Source of the DNA: Myxococcota bacterium
GTDB taxonomy: Bacteria; Myxococcota_A; UBA9160; UBA4427
Direction of reading: 5' to 3'
NCBI GenBank assembly: GCA_036336835.1
Contig: JAYZFK010000076.1
Location: 1-19,103 of the forward strand
Length of the DNA stretch: 19,103 nt
A program made the translations under genes and the position numbers. The notes beneath the pieces were generated by a model, which was given only the letters and a program-made list of their open reading frames with translations, made no database searches and had not been told where the DNA came from. This document shows, one piece after another, positions 7,647-16,600 of the stretch (positions are counted from its first letter, which is position 1; the number at the start of each line of letters is the position of its first letter).

Positions 7647-8309
7647 ATGCAGTCTCGAGTTCCGGCTCTGGTAGTTGCAGTAATGCTGAACGTGCTTCTC
7701 GTGACGAGCGCCCAGGCTGTTCCGTCAGTTTCGATGATTTGGCGCGGTGTTGGCGCGACGCTGGTCTCGCCCGCGGCCTCGACCGATGCCATTGCGGACA
7801 TCGTACTCACCACCACCACGGAGACCGTCCAGGGTATTTTTATCTCGATCGAGTTCGACGCCAACGAGCTGCAGGCGGTCAATGCAACGGAGCTCGCTGT
7901 GGTCGGCCTGCCGGGCATGACCAACTCGTTCTCCCCGATCTCGGCCGGCACGATGATCGACAACGGGGCTGGCCTGGTCACCCTGTTCGACGAGGCAACC
8001 CTCTCAACGGGTCTGGTCGGTGGAAATACGCGCACGCTCGGATCGATCACGTTCCATGTCGTTGCTGCGGCGAATGACGCCACGGACATCGACGTGATCG
8101 CCGCCCTTTTGAACCCCGGTATCGACGCGCTGACTAGCCCGCCCAACGTCACGCTCTGTACCAGTGTAACGCCCGGAGGCTGTGCGTTCATTGGCGCATC
8201 GATAACCGGGCCGGTGGCACCGCCGCCGATGCCCGAGCCGACCACGGCGTTGCTGCTGATCGCGGGCATCGCGGGGCTCGGCTATGTGGGGCGCCGTTCG
8301 CGCTCCTGA
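7647..8309 (+). CDS. PEP-CTERM sorting-domain surface protein with a cohesin-like beta domain
   Basis: GGAGG at 7635-7639. Signal peptide ending SAQA. C-terminus MPEPTTALLLIAGIAGLGYVGRRSRS is PEP + TM helix + basic tail. Beta-rich middle (GIFISIEFDANELQAV, TLGSITFHV) looks cohesin-like. Confidence 0.92.
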   Translation: MQSRVPALVVAVMLNVLLVTSAQAVPSVSMIWRGVGATLVSPAASTDAIADIVLTTTTETVQGIFISIEFDANELQAVNATELAVVGLPGMTNSFSPISAGTMIDNGAGLVTLFDEATLSTGLVGGNTRTLGSITFHVVAAANDATDIDVIAALLNPGIDALTSPPNVTLCTSVTPGGCAFIGASITGPVAPPPMPEPTTALLLIAGIAGLGYVGRRSRS

Positions 8310-8328
8310 TCGAATCCGATTTCGCTGG

Positions 8329-8368
8329 ACGAGAACGCCCCGGGGCCCAGGCCCCGGGGCGTTCTCGT
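8329..8368. terminator. Long perfect inverted repeat between convergent genes, probable bidirectional terminator
   Basis: ACGAGAACGCCCCGGGGCC-CA-GGCCCCGGGGCGTTCTCGT has 19-nt perfectly complementary arms, between the stops at 8309 (+) and 8382 (-). No clear poly-U tail. Confidence 0.75.
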
Positions 8369-8381
8369 TGCCGGTGGTGCG

Positions 8382-8891
8382 TCAGGGCTGGTCCAGGGCG
8401 TACCCGAGCATCGCGTCCGTGTCGCTGTCGAACAGGAAGCGGCCTGCGAAGTAGCGGCCTGCAAGCAGGTGCGGGAACCAGAGCTCGTCGTCGGCCCACA
8501 TCTCGTCGAAGGGCACCGCGTCGGTCGGGGTCCAGAGCGGCGTTGCTTCCTCGGTCTCGATCGCCTCGCCCTCACAGCCGCTGGCTCGGAAGACGCTTCC
8601 GCGCAGCGCGTAGCCCTCGCTGAACTGAAAGCGCAGCTCGCCGGCGAGCGCGACGCCAGTCGCTGTGACCCCGAGCTCCTCGCGCGTCTCCCGGACGGCG
8701 CACTCGAGTGCCGTCTCACCGGCCTCGAGTCGCCCGCCCGGGCCATTGATCTTGCCAGCGCCGAGGCCTCGCTTCTTGCGGATCAGCAGGATCTCGCCGC
8801 CGCGGATCACGAAGCACAGGGTGGCGTGCTCGTCCGGGTGCCACTGGCTCCAGTCGATCTGCTCGAAGCGCTCGTAGCTTCGCTCAGCCAC
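8382..8891 (-). CDS. Nudix hydrolase, MTH1/NUDT1-like 8-oxo-dGTP diphosphatase
   Basis: TLCFVIRGGEILLIRKKRGLGAGKINGPGG, Nudix box GRLEAGETALECAVRETREELG and PFDEMWADDELWFP, all MTH1-like. The GTG start overlaps the upstream MMPL stop. Confidence 0.9.
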   Translation of the reverse strand: MAERSYERFEQIDWSQWHPDEHATLCFVIRGGEILLIRKKRGLGAGKINGPGGRLEAGETALECAVRETREELGVTATGVALAGELRFQFSEGYALRGSVFRASGCEGEAIETEEATPLWTPTDAVPFDEMWADDELWFPHLLAGRYFAGRFLFDSDTDAMLGYALDQP

Positions 8892-11553
8892 GTTCGGGAG
8901 TGCTCGGCTGGCGCAGGGCGATCAGCGACGGGAGCACGATCAGATTTCCGACGAGGGTGAGCAGCATGCCGAACGTCAGCAGCACTCCGAGACTCGCCAT
9001 CCCGCGGTGCGACGACAGTGCGAGCGAGCCGAAGCTCACCGTCGTCGTGACCGCGCTGTAGTAGACGGCTCGTGCCGTGGTGGTGCCGAGCAGACCGTCG
9101 CGAGCCGCAACGGGGCTGTGCGACTGGTGCACCAGGTGGATTCCCGAGTCGACCCCGATGCCGAACATCAACGGGATTACGATCACGTTCACGAAGTTGA
9201 AGGGGATGTCGAACAGTCCCATGAAGCCGACCGCGAGGCCGGCCGATAGCAGCAGCGGCGCCAGCACGAGCAGCGTGTCGGCGAGCCGCCTCCACAGCAG
9301 CCAGAGCAGCAGCGAGATCAGGGAGAGCGCTGCGATCAGCGACTGCTGGAACGAGCGCTTGGTCGCCTCCTCGAGCGCGATCAGGTTGATGGCGATGCCG
9401 CTCGCCCTGGGCGCAATACTGGCTACGTCCTCGACGAACGGACGCATGGCCTCCTCACCGTCGAGGTCGTACTGGGGAAAGATCTGCACGCGTGCGAGGC
9501 CGTTGCTGGCGATCATCCGACGACGCAGCTCCTCGGGAAGCGACTCGAGCGTGATCTCCTCCGGTTCGAGTGCCTGCCTCAGGCGGGCGAGCTGCCCGGT
9601 CAGCCCGGAGAGCAGAATGTCCTCGAGCCGTCCCAGCGCCTCGGTCGGGTCGCCGTCCGCTTCGATCCGCGCCAGGAAGGTCGCGAGGTAGCTGCGCAGG
9701 CCGCGCACGCTCGCGCCGAGCGTGGAGTCGCTGCGATCGAGCCAGTCGGCAGCGAGGAAGTCGTGCAGCTTGCGCAGCGCGGCGACCTGCTCGTCGACCG
9801 ACAGCTCCTTCCGGGATGCGTCGCCCGGAGGCGGCGGTTCGATCAGGAAGGAGATGTCGGCCAGCACCTCGTGCTTCTCTTCCTGGTCCGGTGGCACGTA
9901 GGAGACGAGCGTGACGGCGTGGCTCACGACCTCGAGCTCCTCGAGCCGATGGGCGAGTGCCTCGGCCGCTTCGAGGTTGGGCGCGATTGCATCCACGTAC
10001 CAGGGCGAAGCGCTGCCCGCCTGGGCCAACAGGTCGTCGAAGGTCTGGACCGACTCCGTTGCGGGATCGCGGATGTCGAGCACGTTGGGCGAGAAGTGCG
10101 CACGCGGGATCAGCACCAGAGCCAGCACGCCGGCAGCAGCGGCGGCGATGCGCACGTGTCGCGGGTGCTCGTCGAACCACTTCCACCAGTGTGTCTCGAA
10201 GCGCACGGCGCGCGTCAGGTGGCGCGACGCGTCGAAGCGCAGCCACGAGAACAGCAGTGCCGGGAACAAGCTGAGTGTCAGCGTGAGGATGATTCCCATG
10301 CCCACCCCCGCGATCAGGCCGAGCTCGGCCACGCCGCGGTAGTCGGTGGGTACGAAGACCAGGAAGCCGATCGAGGTCGTGATCGTACACAGCACGAGCG
10401 AGCCGCCGACATCTTCGACGGCTGCAGTCATCGCGTGAAGTGGCTCGTCGGCCTCGCGCAGCCGGTCTGCATAGCGCGAGCCGAGGTGGATGGCGAAGTC
10501 GACGCCGAGGCCGATGAACAGGATGGCCACCGCGAGTGAGACGATGTTCAGGTAGCCGACCGATAGCGCGGCAAATGCCGCCGTCCACACCAGGCCTACC
10601 AGCAGCGTGGAGACGGCCGCCGTCACGATGTGCCACGACCGCAGAGCGAACCACAGGATGACCACCACGAGGGCGAAGCAGAAGATGCCGGCGACGAAGA
10701 TGTCCCACAGGATCCCCGCCATCTCCTCGAAGTTGAGCGCCGGATTGCCCGTGATGCGGACCGTGACGCCGCGCGCAGGCGCCAGCCCGAGCGACGCTGC
10801 GGCCTCGCGGATCGCGTCCAGAGCCTGGCCGGCGGCGAACACGCTGCCGAACTCGAGCGCGGCGTGGACGATCAGCACGCGCCGCGTGCTCAGGTCGACG
10901 GCGGAGCCCTTGAGCAGCACCTCCTCCCACGAGATGGCGATCGGGTACTCGGCGTAGACGCCGACGGTCGCCGTGCCGACCCGGTCGAGTACAGCGGGCC
11001 AGTCCTGGGCGTCGGCTGTGCCGTCTTGGACACTCTCGAGCCCGGCCTCCACCAGCTGCGCCAGGTTGGCGATGCTGGCATCGTGCTCGAGCTCCGCGAT
11101 CAGGGGCTGGATCGCGGCGATCTCGTCGGCGAACTCGTCGAGCTCGTCGACGGTCCGGTACAGCAGACCGTTGCGCTCGAAGAAGCCGCCGCCCGGCAGG
11201 TATACGTCCTCGAACTGGCTCGGGTTGGCCCGCAGCGCCGTCGCGAGCTGCTCGGCGCCCTCGCGGGCGAGCTCGGGCGTGTCGCCGTCGATCACCACCA
11301 GGAGTGCATTCTCGAGGTTGGGGAAGTGGCGAGAGAACTCGGCGTGGTTGCGCCGCGAGGGCAGCTCGGGCGAAAGCAGCGCCAGGTTGTCGGAATTCAC
11401 GCCGAGGTTCAGGGCCGCGTACACGCCGAGCAGCAGTGTCAGCGCGAGGATGCCCCAGACGAGGAAGCGCGACTGCGCGTGCACTCTGGCGATCCAGGCG
11501 TGCAGCCCGCGCCCGACGATCTCGTCGATTCGATCCTTCAAGCGGATCCACAC
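8884..11553 (-). CDS. hpnN: MMPL/RND family transporter, HpnN-like (hopanoid-associated)
   Basis: About 889 aa from GTG 11553 (TTG 11541 is an alternative; the track's upstream extension looks non-coding). Two TM bundles and two large loops, with VRITGNPAL, LFIGLGVDFAIH, FVPTDYRGVAELGLIAG and LMFGIGVDSGIHLV. Confidence 0.82.
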   Translation of the reverse strand: MWIRLKDRIDEIVGRGLHAWIARVHAQSRFLVWGILALTLLLGVYAALNLGVNSDNLALLSPELPSRRNHAEFSRHFPNLENALLVVIDGDTPELAREGAEQLATALRANPSQFEDVYLPGGGFFERNGLLYRTVDELDEFADEIAAIQPLIAELEHDASIANLAQLVEAGLESVQDGTADAQDWPAVLDRVGTATVGVYAEYPIAISWEEVLLKGSAVDLSTRRVLIVHAALEFGSVFAAGQALDAIREAAASLGLAPARGVTVRITGNPALNFEEMAGILWDIFVAGIFCFALVVVILWFALRSWHIVTAAVSTLLVGLVWTAAFAALSVGYLNIVSLAVAILFIGLGVDFAIHLGSRYADRLREADEPLHAMTAAVEDVGGSLVLCTITTSIGFLVFVPTDYRGVAELGLIAGVGMGIILTLTLSLFPALLFSWLRFDASRHLTRAVRFETHWWKWFDEHPRHVRIAAAAAGVLALVLIPRAHFSPNVLDIRDPATESVQTFDDLLAQAGSASPWYVDAIAPNLEAAEALAHRLEELEVVSHAVTLVSYVPPDQEEKHEVLADISFLIEPPPPGDASRKELSVDEQVAALRKLHDFLAADWLDRSDSTLGASVRGLRSYLATFLARIEADGDPTEALGRLEDILLSGLTGQLARLRQALEPEEITLESLPEELRRRMIASNGLARVQIFPQYDLDGEEAMRPFVEDVASIAPRASGIAINLIALEEATKRSFQQSLIAALSLISLLLWLLWRRLADTLLVLAPLLLSAGLAVGFMGLFDIPFNFVNVIVIPLMFGIGVDSGIHLVHQSHSPVAARDGLLGTTTARAVYYSAVTTTVSFGSLALSSHRGMASLGVLLTFGMLLTLVGNLIVLPSLIALRQPSTPERG

Positions 11554-11810
11554 CCCCCGAGTGACCGCACGGATAGCGCAGGCGAGCGGTCGCCGTCGCC
11601 TGCCCCACAAGGCGAACCCACGACCCCAGCGCCGCTTCGGGTGAGATTGATAGCGGCCCGGGCGAGCTCGTCCGGGGCCGCGGAGAGGACGCGCGGGCGC
11701 CGCGGCACCCTGGGAAACCAGCGGAGCCGCCCTCGGCCCCGAGTGTCGCGTAGAATCTGGGCGACGAGCTCGAGCGACGGGAAGTAGACGGAAAGAGGTA
11801 GGAAATCGCG

Positions 11811-11948
11811 ATGTGGATCGAACGGCCGCGTGTCGTCCCCCGTCCGCCGTCCGGGTGCGTCGCGTACTGGAACCTCGCGATCGGCAGGCCGCCCGGGGGC
11901 CCGCCGGCGGCGCTGCGCCGACGAGCGGCTGGCGGGACGCATCGGTGA
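11811..11948 (+). CDS. Candidate 45-aa Pro/Arg-rich small ORF
   Basis: ATG follows GAGGTAGGA. Reads MWIERPRVVPRPPSGCVAYWNLAIGRPPGGPPAALRRRAAGGTHR. Its TGA overlaps the next GTG (GTGA at 11945-11948). No recognisable homology. Confidence 0.3.
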   Translation: MWIERPRVVPRPPSGCVAYWNLAIGRPPGGPPAALRRRAAGGTHR

Positions 11949-12763
11949 GCCGGGCCGCCGCGTGGTGGATCGGGGCCCTCGCGGTCGTCGCGATCGGCAT
12001 CGCGGCGGCGATCGTCCGACCCGGAGGTGCCTCCGCTCCGGCACCCTCTGCCAGCCTGCCCGCGGCCGTCCCCCCGGCCGAGCTCGCGGCGCTGCGCGTC
12101 GCGCGCGAGCACGAGAGTATCGAGCGCGAGAGGCTCGCAGCCGAGGTCTCGCTGATGCGTACGGTGATCGAGCAGCTCGCGAGCGAATGGGTGGCCGAGT
12201 CGATCGTGCCAGACAGTCCCGAGCCGCCGCTCGGCAAGCGCTCGGAGCCAGGAGCGCCGAGCCAGAGCGATCTCGACGAGGCGCTGCTGCAGCAGGTCGG
12301 TCTGGTGGAGAGCGAGGTGCGGGAGCTGCGCGATCGCTGGGACGGCGCCCAGCTGGCAAGGCTGGAGCTGAACGATCAAGCGGCGCGCGAGGGCTGGCTG
12401 TTCAAGCCGCGGCACAGGCGTCAACTCGCGTGGCTCGCCGCTCAGCTCCGGGCCGATCTGGGCGAGACCGGCTTCGACCGGATGCTCTTTGCAACCGGTC
12501 AGCCCAATCGGGTCGTGGTGAGCTCGGTGATCAGAGGCTCGGCCGCGGCGGTTGCCGGCGTGCAGACCGGCGATCAGGTGTTTTCCTACGGCTCCGAGCG
12601 CGTGTTCACGCCGAACGACGTGCGGCGCGGGACGACGTCTGGCGTCAAGGGCGAATCGGTGCGGCTGGTCGTCGAACGCCACGGCGAGCGCCATTCCTTG
12701 GTCGTGCCGCGCGGGCCACTCGGTGTCCGGATGTCCGGCCAGACGGCGGCGCCGGTCCGCTAG
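11945..12763 (+). CDS. Membrane-anchored or secreted protein with a coiled coil and C-terminal PDZ domain
   Basis: N-terminal TM WWIGALAVVAIGIAAAIV. C-terminal VVVSSVIRGSAAAVAGVQTGDQVFSYG...VRLVVERHG...GPLGV is a PDZ pattern. Start codon uncertain. Confidence 0.8.
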   Translation: MSRAAAWWIGALAVVAIGIAAAIVRPGGASAPAPSASLPAAVPPAELAALRVAREHESIERERLAAEVSLMRTVIEQLASEWVAESIVPDSPEPPLGKRSEPGAPSQSDLDEALLQQVGLVESEVRELRDRWDGAQLARLELNDQAAREGWLFKPRHRRQLAWLAAQLRADLGETGFDRMLFATGQPNRVVVSSVIRGSAAAVAGVQTGDQVFSYGSERVFTPNDVRRGTTSGVKGESVRLVVERHGERHSLVVPRGPLGVRMSGQTAAPVR

Positions 12764-13545
12764 CCGATTCGGCAGATCGCGAGCAGGTCGATATCGTCGT
12801 CGGCTGGCGAGCCGATCGGGAAGTCTCGCTCGGTGACGTCGGGCAATCCGTCTTCGGCTTGGATGCCGCGGCGGACGCGCTTGGCCAGCATGCCAAAGGC
12901 CCACTCGATGATTGGGCGCGGTAGTCGCTGATGGAGCTTCAGGACGTCGAGCCGCATGATCGAGTGGATGCGCGCCAGGCGTGCGTCGTTGTAGGCGCGG
13001 ACCGCCGGCTTCATGCCGATTCCGCGCATTTCCACGCTGCGGAAGTGAGGCTCGAGCGCTGCCCCGAGCTCGTCCGAGTGGTACTCGTGAACGTGGAATG
13101 GATTGACCCGGTCCGACGTCAGGATGTTCGGCGTCGTGAGCAGCACCGTCCCGCCGGGCCGGACGAGTCGCGCCATGGCGTCCAGATAGGGAGCCGGATC
13201 TTCGAGATGCTCGATGACCTGGAAGCTCACGATCAGATCGAAGGCAGCGGGTGCCAGCGGCAGGCCGGCGATATCGGCGCGCAGGAACTGCGCGCGACCC
13301 TGACGCGATGCCAGATCGGGTCGCACGCGGTCGACACCAATCAGCAACCCGCTGTGCTCGGCGAGCTCGGCGGCGCCGTAGCCCGAGCCGCAGCCGAGAT
13401 CGAGTACGCTTCCGCCCCCGGCAAGAGTCGCTGCGAAACTGTAAGCGGCGCGGTGGCGCGCCAGATCGATTCCGAATAGCGCATTGCCGGCGTGCAGACG
13501 CTCGCCCGTGAATGACACCAGCGCGTCTTCATCCCTCTCGCTCAT
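12760..13545 (-). CDS. Class I SAM-dependent methyltransferase
   Basis: FTGER...RHRAAY, VLDLGCGSGYG (motif I), FDLIVSFQVIEHL, LVRPGG.VLLTTPN and NPFHVHEY. ATGA overlap with the upstream gene. Confidence 0.94.
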   Translation of the reverse strand: MSERDEDALVSFTGERLHAGNALFGIDLARHRAAYSFAATLAGGGSVLDLGCGSGYGAAELAEHSGLLIGVDRVRPDLASRQGRAQFLRADIAGLPLAPAAFDLIVSFQVIEHLEDPAPYLDAMARLVRPGGTVLLTTPNILTSDRVNPFHVHEYHSDELGAALEPHFRSVEMRGIGMKPAVRAYNDARLARIHSIMRLDVLKLHQRLPRPIIEWAFGMLAKRVRRGIQAEDGLPDVTERDFPIGSPADDDIDLLAICRIG

Positions 13546-14474
13546 GCCTCGGATCTCCGCGTCGCCTCGACGGCCTCGCGTGTGAACTCGCGCGCGAAGA
13601 CCAGGCCCATCGACATGCGCACCGCTACCATCGCGGCTTGCATGGACAGACTGCAGGCGATCAGCGTCGCCTCGTCTGCGTACGCCCCGAACAGCTGTAC
13701 CGTCGCGAGCTGTACGGTTCCGAGGCCCGCGACAGCGATCGGCAGCGCTCCCACCAGCGCGACCGTCGCCATGCCCACGATCAGCTGGCCCGGCGGCACC
13801 GAGACGTCGAATGAGAGCAGCGACGCATAGCCCGCACCGATGAACGTGAACACGAAGACGCCGCGCAGCACGGCCAGCTCGAGCAGTGATCTCAGTGGTA
13901 CGGTTCGGACCGTCTTGAACAGCTCGAGCTCACGCACGCGCTCGAGCGGGCCGAGCCGCCGCGGCGCACGCAGCAACACGAGACCGAGAGCGATGCCAGC
14001 GCCCACCAGCGCGACTGTTCCCAGCTGAAGCGCCGGTCCGTCGCCGGTCGCGAACCCGAGCGAGACCAGAGTGATCGCGAGCAGCATCGTGAGATCTGCG
14101 AATGAGACCGTTGCCACCAGCCCAGCGGCCGCCGTCAGGCTCAGGCCCACGCGGCGCCGAAACAGGACGCAGAGCGTCGCCACGCCGAGCGCGTAGTTGA
14201 GGATGCCGAGGGTGTAGCTGGCGGCCTTGATGCGCGCGCAGGTCAGGACGTCCGTGGGGCAGCCGGCAGAGTCGCTGAGGCGCGCGAGCGACAAGCCCTC
14301 GATCGCGAGGCTCACCAGGCCGTACACGATGATCGCCGGAATCAGGACACGGGCGGCATCGAAGGTGAGCGTTGCAAAGGCGGCCGACAGATCGACCCGC
14401 GCGAACAGATAGACGAGAATCGCTGCCGTGACGATGAAGGGAAGCGCGCTGCGGAGCCCACCCGGCCTGGTCAC
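13542..14474 (-). CDS. Lysylphosphatidylglycerol-synthase-TM / UPF0104 flippase-like membrane protein
   Basis: GTG at 14474 overlaps the GT4 stop (GTGA). Multi-TM; N-terminal PFIVTAAILVYLFARVDL and C-terminal ALPIAVAGLGT fit this family. Confidence 0.8.
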   Translation of the reverse strand: MTRPGGLRSALPFIVTAAILVYLFARVDLSAAFATLTFDAARVLIPAIIVYGLVSLAIEGLSLARLSDSAGCPTDVLTCARIKAASYTLGILNYALGVATLCVLFRRRVGLSLTAAAGLVATVSFADLTMLLAITLVSLGFATGDGPALQLGTVALVGAGIALGLVLLRAPRRLGPLERVRELELFKTVRTVPLRSLLELAVLRGVFVFTFIGAGYASLLSFDVSVPPGQLIVGMATVALVGALPIAVAGLGTVQLATVQLFGAYADEATLIACSLSMQAAMVAVRMSMGLVFAREFTREAVEATRRSEA

Positions 14475-15583
14475 GTTCGCGCCTGCTCGATCGCTTCCGC
14501 CATCTCGTCGGCGGCGCGGTCCCAGTCGAAGTGGCGCGACCATGCCAGGGCGGCCTGTTGCATCCTGAGCGAGAGCGCGTCGTCCTCGAGCAGCTCGCCG
14601 ATTCGCTGTGTGAAGCCGTCTACGTCGCCCACCGGCACCAGGAAGCCGGTCTCACCCTCGCGTACCGACTCACGCAGTCCCGGCGCATCGGCTGCGACGA
14701 CCGGCGTGCCGACCGCGTTCGCCTCGATTACCGTGAGTCCCCATCCCTCCTTCTCGGAAGGACAGACGCAGACGCGCGCGGCTGCGACGAGACGATCGCG
14801 CTCCGCGTCGTCGACGAAGCCGGTGAAGCGCGTGCACTCGTGCAGCCCGAACTCGCCCGCGAGCTGCTCGAGCTTTGCGCGCGCTGGTCCGCGTCCGATG
14901 ATCGCGATCTGGAGGTCGGGGAACCGCGGTCGCAGCGCTGCCAGTGCCTCCAGCATCACCTCGACCCGCTTGTAGTGAGCGAGTCGGCCGAGGTAGACGA
15001 CGCACGGTGGCCGGAGCGTTTCGACGTCGACTTCGAGGTCCGGCGAGTGGATGCCGCAGAGACTCACACGGATGCTCTCGGCTGTGACGCCGCGCTCGAT
15101 CAGATCCTGTCGCGAGCTTTCGCTGATGGTCACGAAGGGCCGGTTGCGGAAGACGAACGGGATGGCTCGCTCGGCGACCCACACCGTTGCCGCCACTGGC
15201 CAGGATACCTGCTGGAACGCCGTCGCTCCGAACAAGTGATGCGACAGACCGATCACCGGAGCTCGCGAGTAGAGCGGGCTCAGGTAGGGCAGCTTGTTCA
15301 GGCACTCGACGACTACGTCGACCTCGTCGGCGCGGGTGGCGCGGCGGCAGTGAGCTGCGGCGCGGGGATAGTACAGTGGCACGCGCGCGAGTCGCCGCAC
15401 CGCGACGCCCATCACGGTCTCGCGCTCGGGCGCGCCCGCGAAGCGCTCGCACAGCACGGTGACATCGAAGCCGCGCGCCGCCAGCCGTGAGAAGATCTCG
15501 AACACGTGCAGCTCGGCTCCGCCTGCCGCCGGATGGCGGAAGTCGCGCTCGTTCAGGATCAACACGCGGCAGGGGCGCGGCAC
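14471..15583 (-). CDS. Glycosyltransferase family 4 (GT-B fold)
   Basis: RVLILNERDFRHPAAGGAE, YLGRLAHYKRV, PSEKEGWGLTVIEANAVGTPVV (EX7E), GLRESVREGETG and FDWD. Confidence 0.95.
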   Translation of the reverse strand: MPRPCRVLILNERDFRHPAAGGAELHVFEIFSRLAARGFDVTVLCERFAGAPERETVMGVAVRRLARVPLYYPRAAAHCRRATRADEVDVVVECLNKLPYLSPLYSRAPVIGLSHHLFGATAFQQVSWPVAATVWVAERAIPFVFRNRPFVTISESSRQDLIERGVTAESIRVSLCGIHSPDLEVDVETLRPPCVVYLGRLAHYKRVEVMLEALAALRPRFPDLQIAIIGRGPARAKLEQLAGEFGLHECTRFTGFVDDAERDRLVAAARVCVCPSEKEGWGLTVIEANAVGTPVVAADAPGLRESVREGETGFLVPVGDVDGFTQRIGELLEDDALSLRMQQAALAWSRHFDWDRAADEMAEAIEQART

Positions 15584-15604
15584 GACGTCCTGGTTCGCTC
15601 CCGC

Positions 15605-16330
15605 CTACAGTCTTCCGAGACGGTCGGCGATGCGCAGCCACCAGACGATCCACATCGCTTCGAAGGCGATGCGCAGGGACAGCTTCGACTCGCCTCGTTT
15701 CCGGTCCACGAAGAAGAACTCTAGCTCTTGAACGCGGGCGCCCTGTCGCTCGAAGCGATAGTTCATCTCGATCTGGAAGCCATAGCCGTTGGAGCGAATT
15801 CGTTCGAAGCCCATCGATTCGAGCAGCGACCGCCGTACGCAACGGAATCCACCCGTGGCGTCGGTGATTTCGAGCCCGGTGATTTGCCTGGCGTACCAGT
15901 TGCCGAACCAGCTGATCAGGATCCGCTCGATCGGCCAGTTGATGACGGTGATGCCATTGCTATAGCGCGAGCCGAGCACCACGTCGGACTCTTCGATGCA
16001 CTCGAGGAACCGCGGGAGCATGTCCGGGGGATGCGAGAAATCGCAGTCCATCTGGATGACGGCGTCCGCCCCGAGATCGAGCGCACGGCGCAGGCCGGCC
16101 CGGTAGGCGGCCCCGAGACCCGCCTTGGCGGAGCGGTGGAGCACGTCGACGCGTTCCGTCCGCGCGCTCAGCTCGTCGGCGAGCTTGCCGGTGCCGTCCG
16201 GCGAGGCATCGTCGACCACCAGCACCTGGATGCGCGGATCCTGGGCGAGCACGGCCGTCACCAGGAGCTCGAGATTTTCGGCCTCGTTGTAGGTCGGGAC
16301 GACGACGATGACTTTGGCCGGGGTGGTCAT
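15605..16330 (-). CDS. Polyprenol monophosphomannose synthase-like glycosyltransferase family 2 (Ppm1/DPM1-like)
   Basis: ATG at 16330 follows GAGGAG. VVVPTYNEAEN, VVDDASPDGTG, GLGAAYRAG, QMDCDFSH (DxD), DATGGFR, SNGYGFQIEM and FVDRKRGESKL. Confidence 0.93.
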   Translation of the reverse strand: MTTPAKVIVVVPTYNEAENLELLVTAVLAQDPRIQVLVVDDASPDGTGKLADELSARTERVDVLHRSAKAGLGAAYRAGLRRALDLGADAVIQMDCDFSHPPDMLPRFLECIEESDVVLGSRYSNGITVINWPIERILISWFGNWYARQITGLEITDATGGFRCVRRSLLESMGFERIRSNGYGFQIEMNYRFERQGARVQELEFFFVDRKRGESKLSLRIAFEAMWIVWWLRIADRLGRL

Positions 16331-16585
16331 GGCTCCTCGAGAAGCCCGCAGGGTACTTCGTCCGTTGCCGCGAGAACACGTTTGGTGTCGTCGCGTGGGC
16401 GCTGCGCCCGAGCTGCCTGTCCGCACCGAGCTCCGCGTCGGCGGGAAGCGTTTCAGGTCGGCGGGGCGCGCACTGACAGTGTATCGAGGCCTCGGGTGGG
16501 ATCCGCCGCAGCCCCGTTCGGCGACGCGGCGCCCGAAGCACCCCGCCAGTGGCTGGAGAGCTTCCTCTTCGGTCGAAAGCGGGGC

Positions 16586-16594
16586 TGCTAGCCT
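16586..16594 (+). promoter_or_regulatory. Candidate extended -10 element, possibly a leaderless transcript
   Basis: TG-C-TAGCCT ends 6 nt before ATG 16601, and there is no Shine-Dalgarno in between. Confidence 0.35.
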
Positions 16595-16600
16595 CGATCG

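Noticed and set aside
1819..8891. mutM and the MTH1-like Nudix gene as a dedicated 8-oxoG cluster
   Set aside because: They are about 5.7 kb apart on opposite strands with unrelated genes between.
11554..12237. N-terminal 228-aa extension of the MMPL ORF
   Set aside because: Low-complexity sequence that overlaps the PDZ gene antisense; MMPL-like sequence begins near 11553.
12760..12763. Convergent stop overlap (CTAG) of the PDZ and methyltransferase genes
   Set aside because: A common feature of compact genomes with no further signal.
9455..12904. 1149-aa alternative minus-strand ORF and other long overlapping ORFs
   Set aside because: Arg/Ala/Pro-rich, motif-free off-frame products of stop-codon scarcity at high GC; they overlap well-supported genes.
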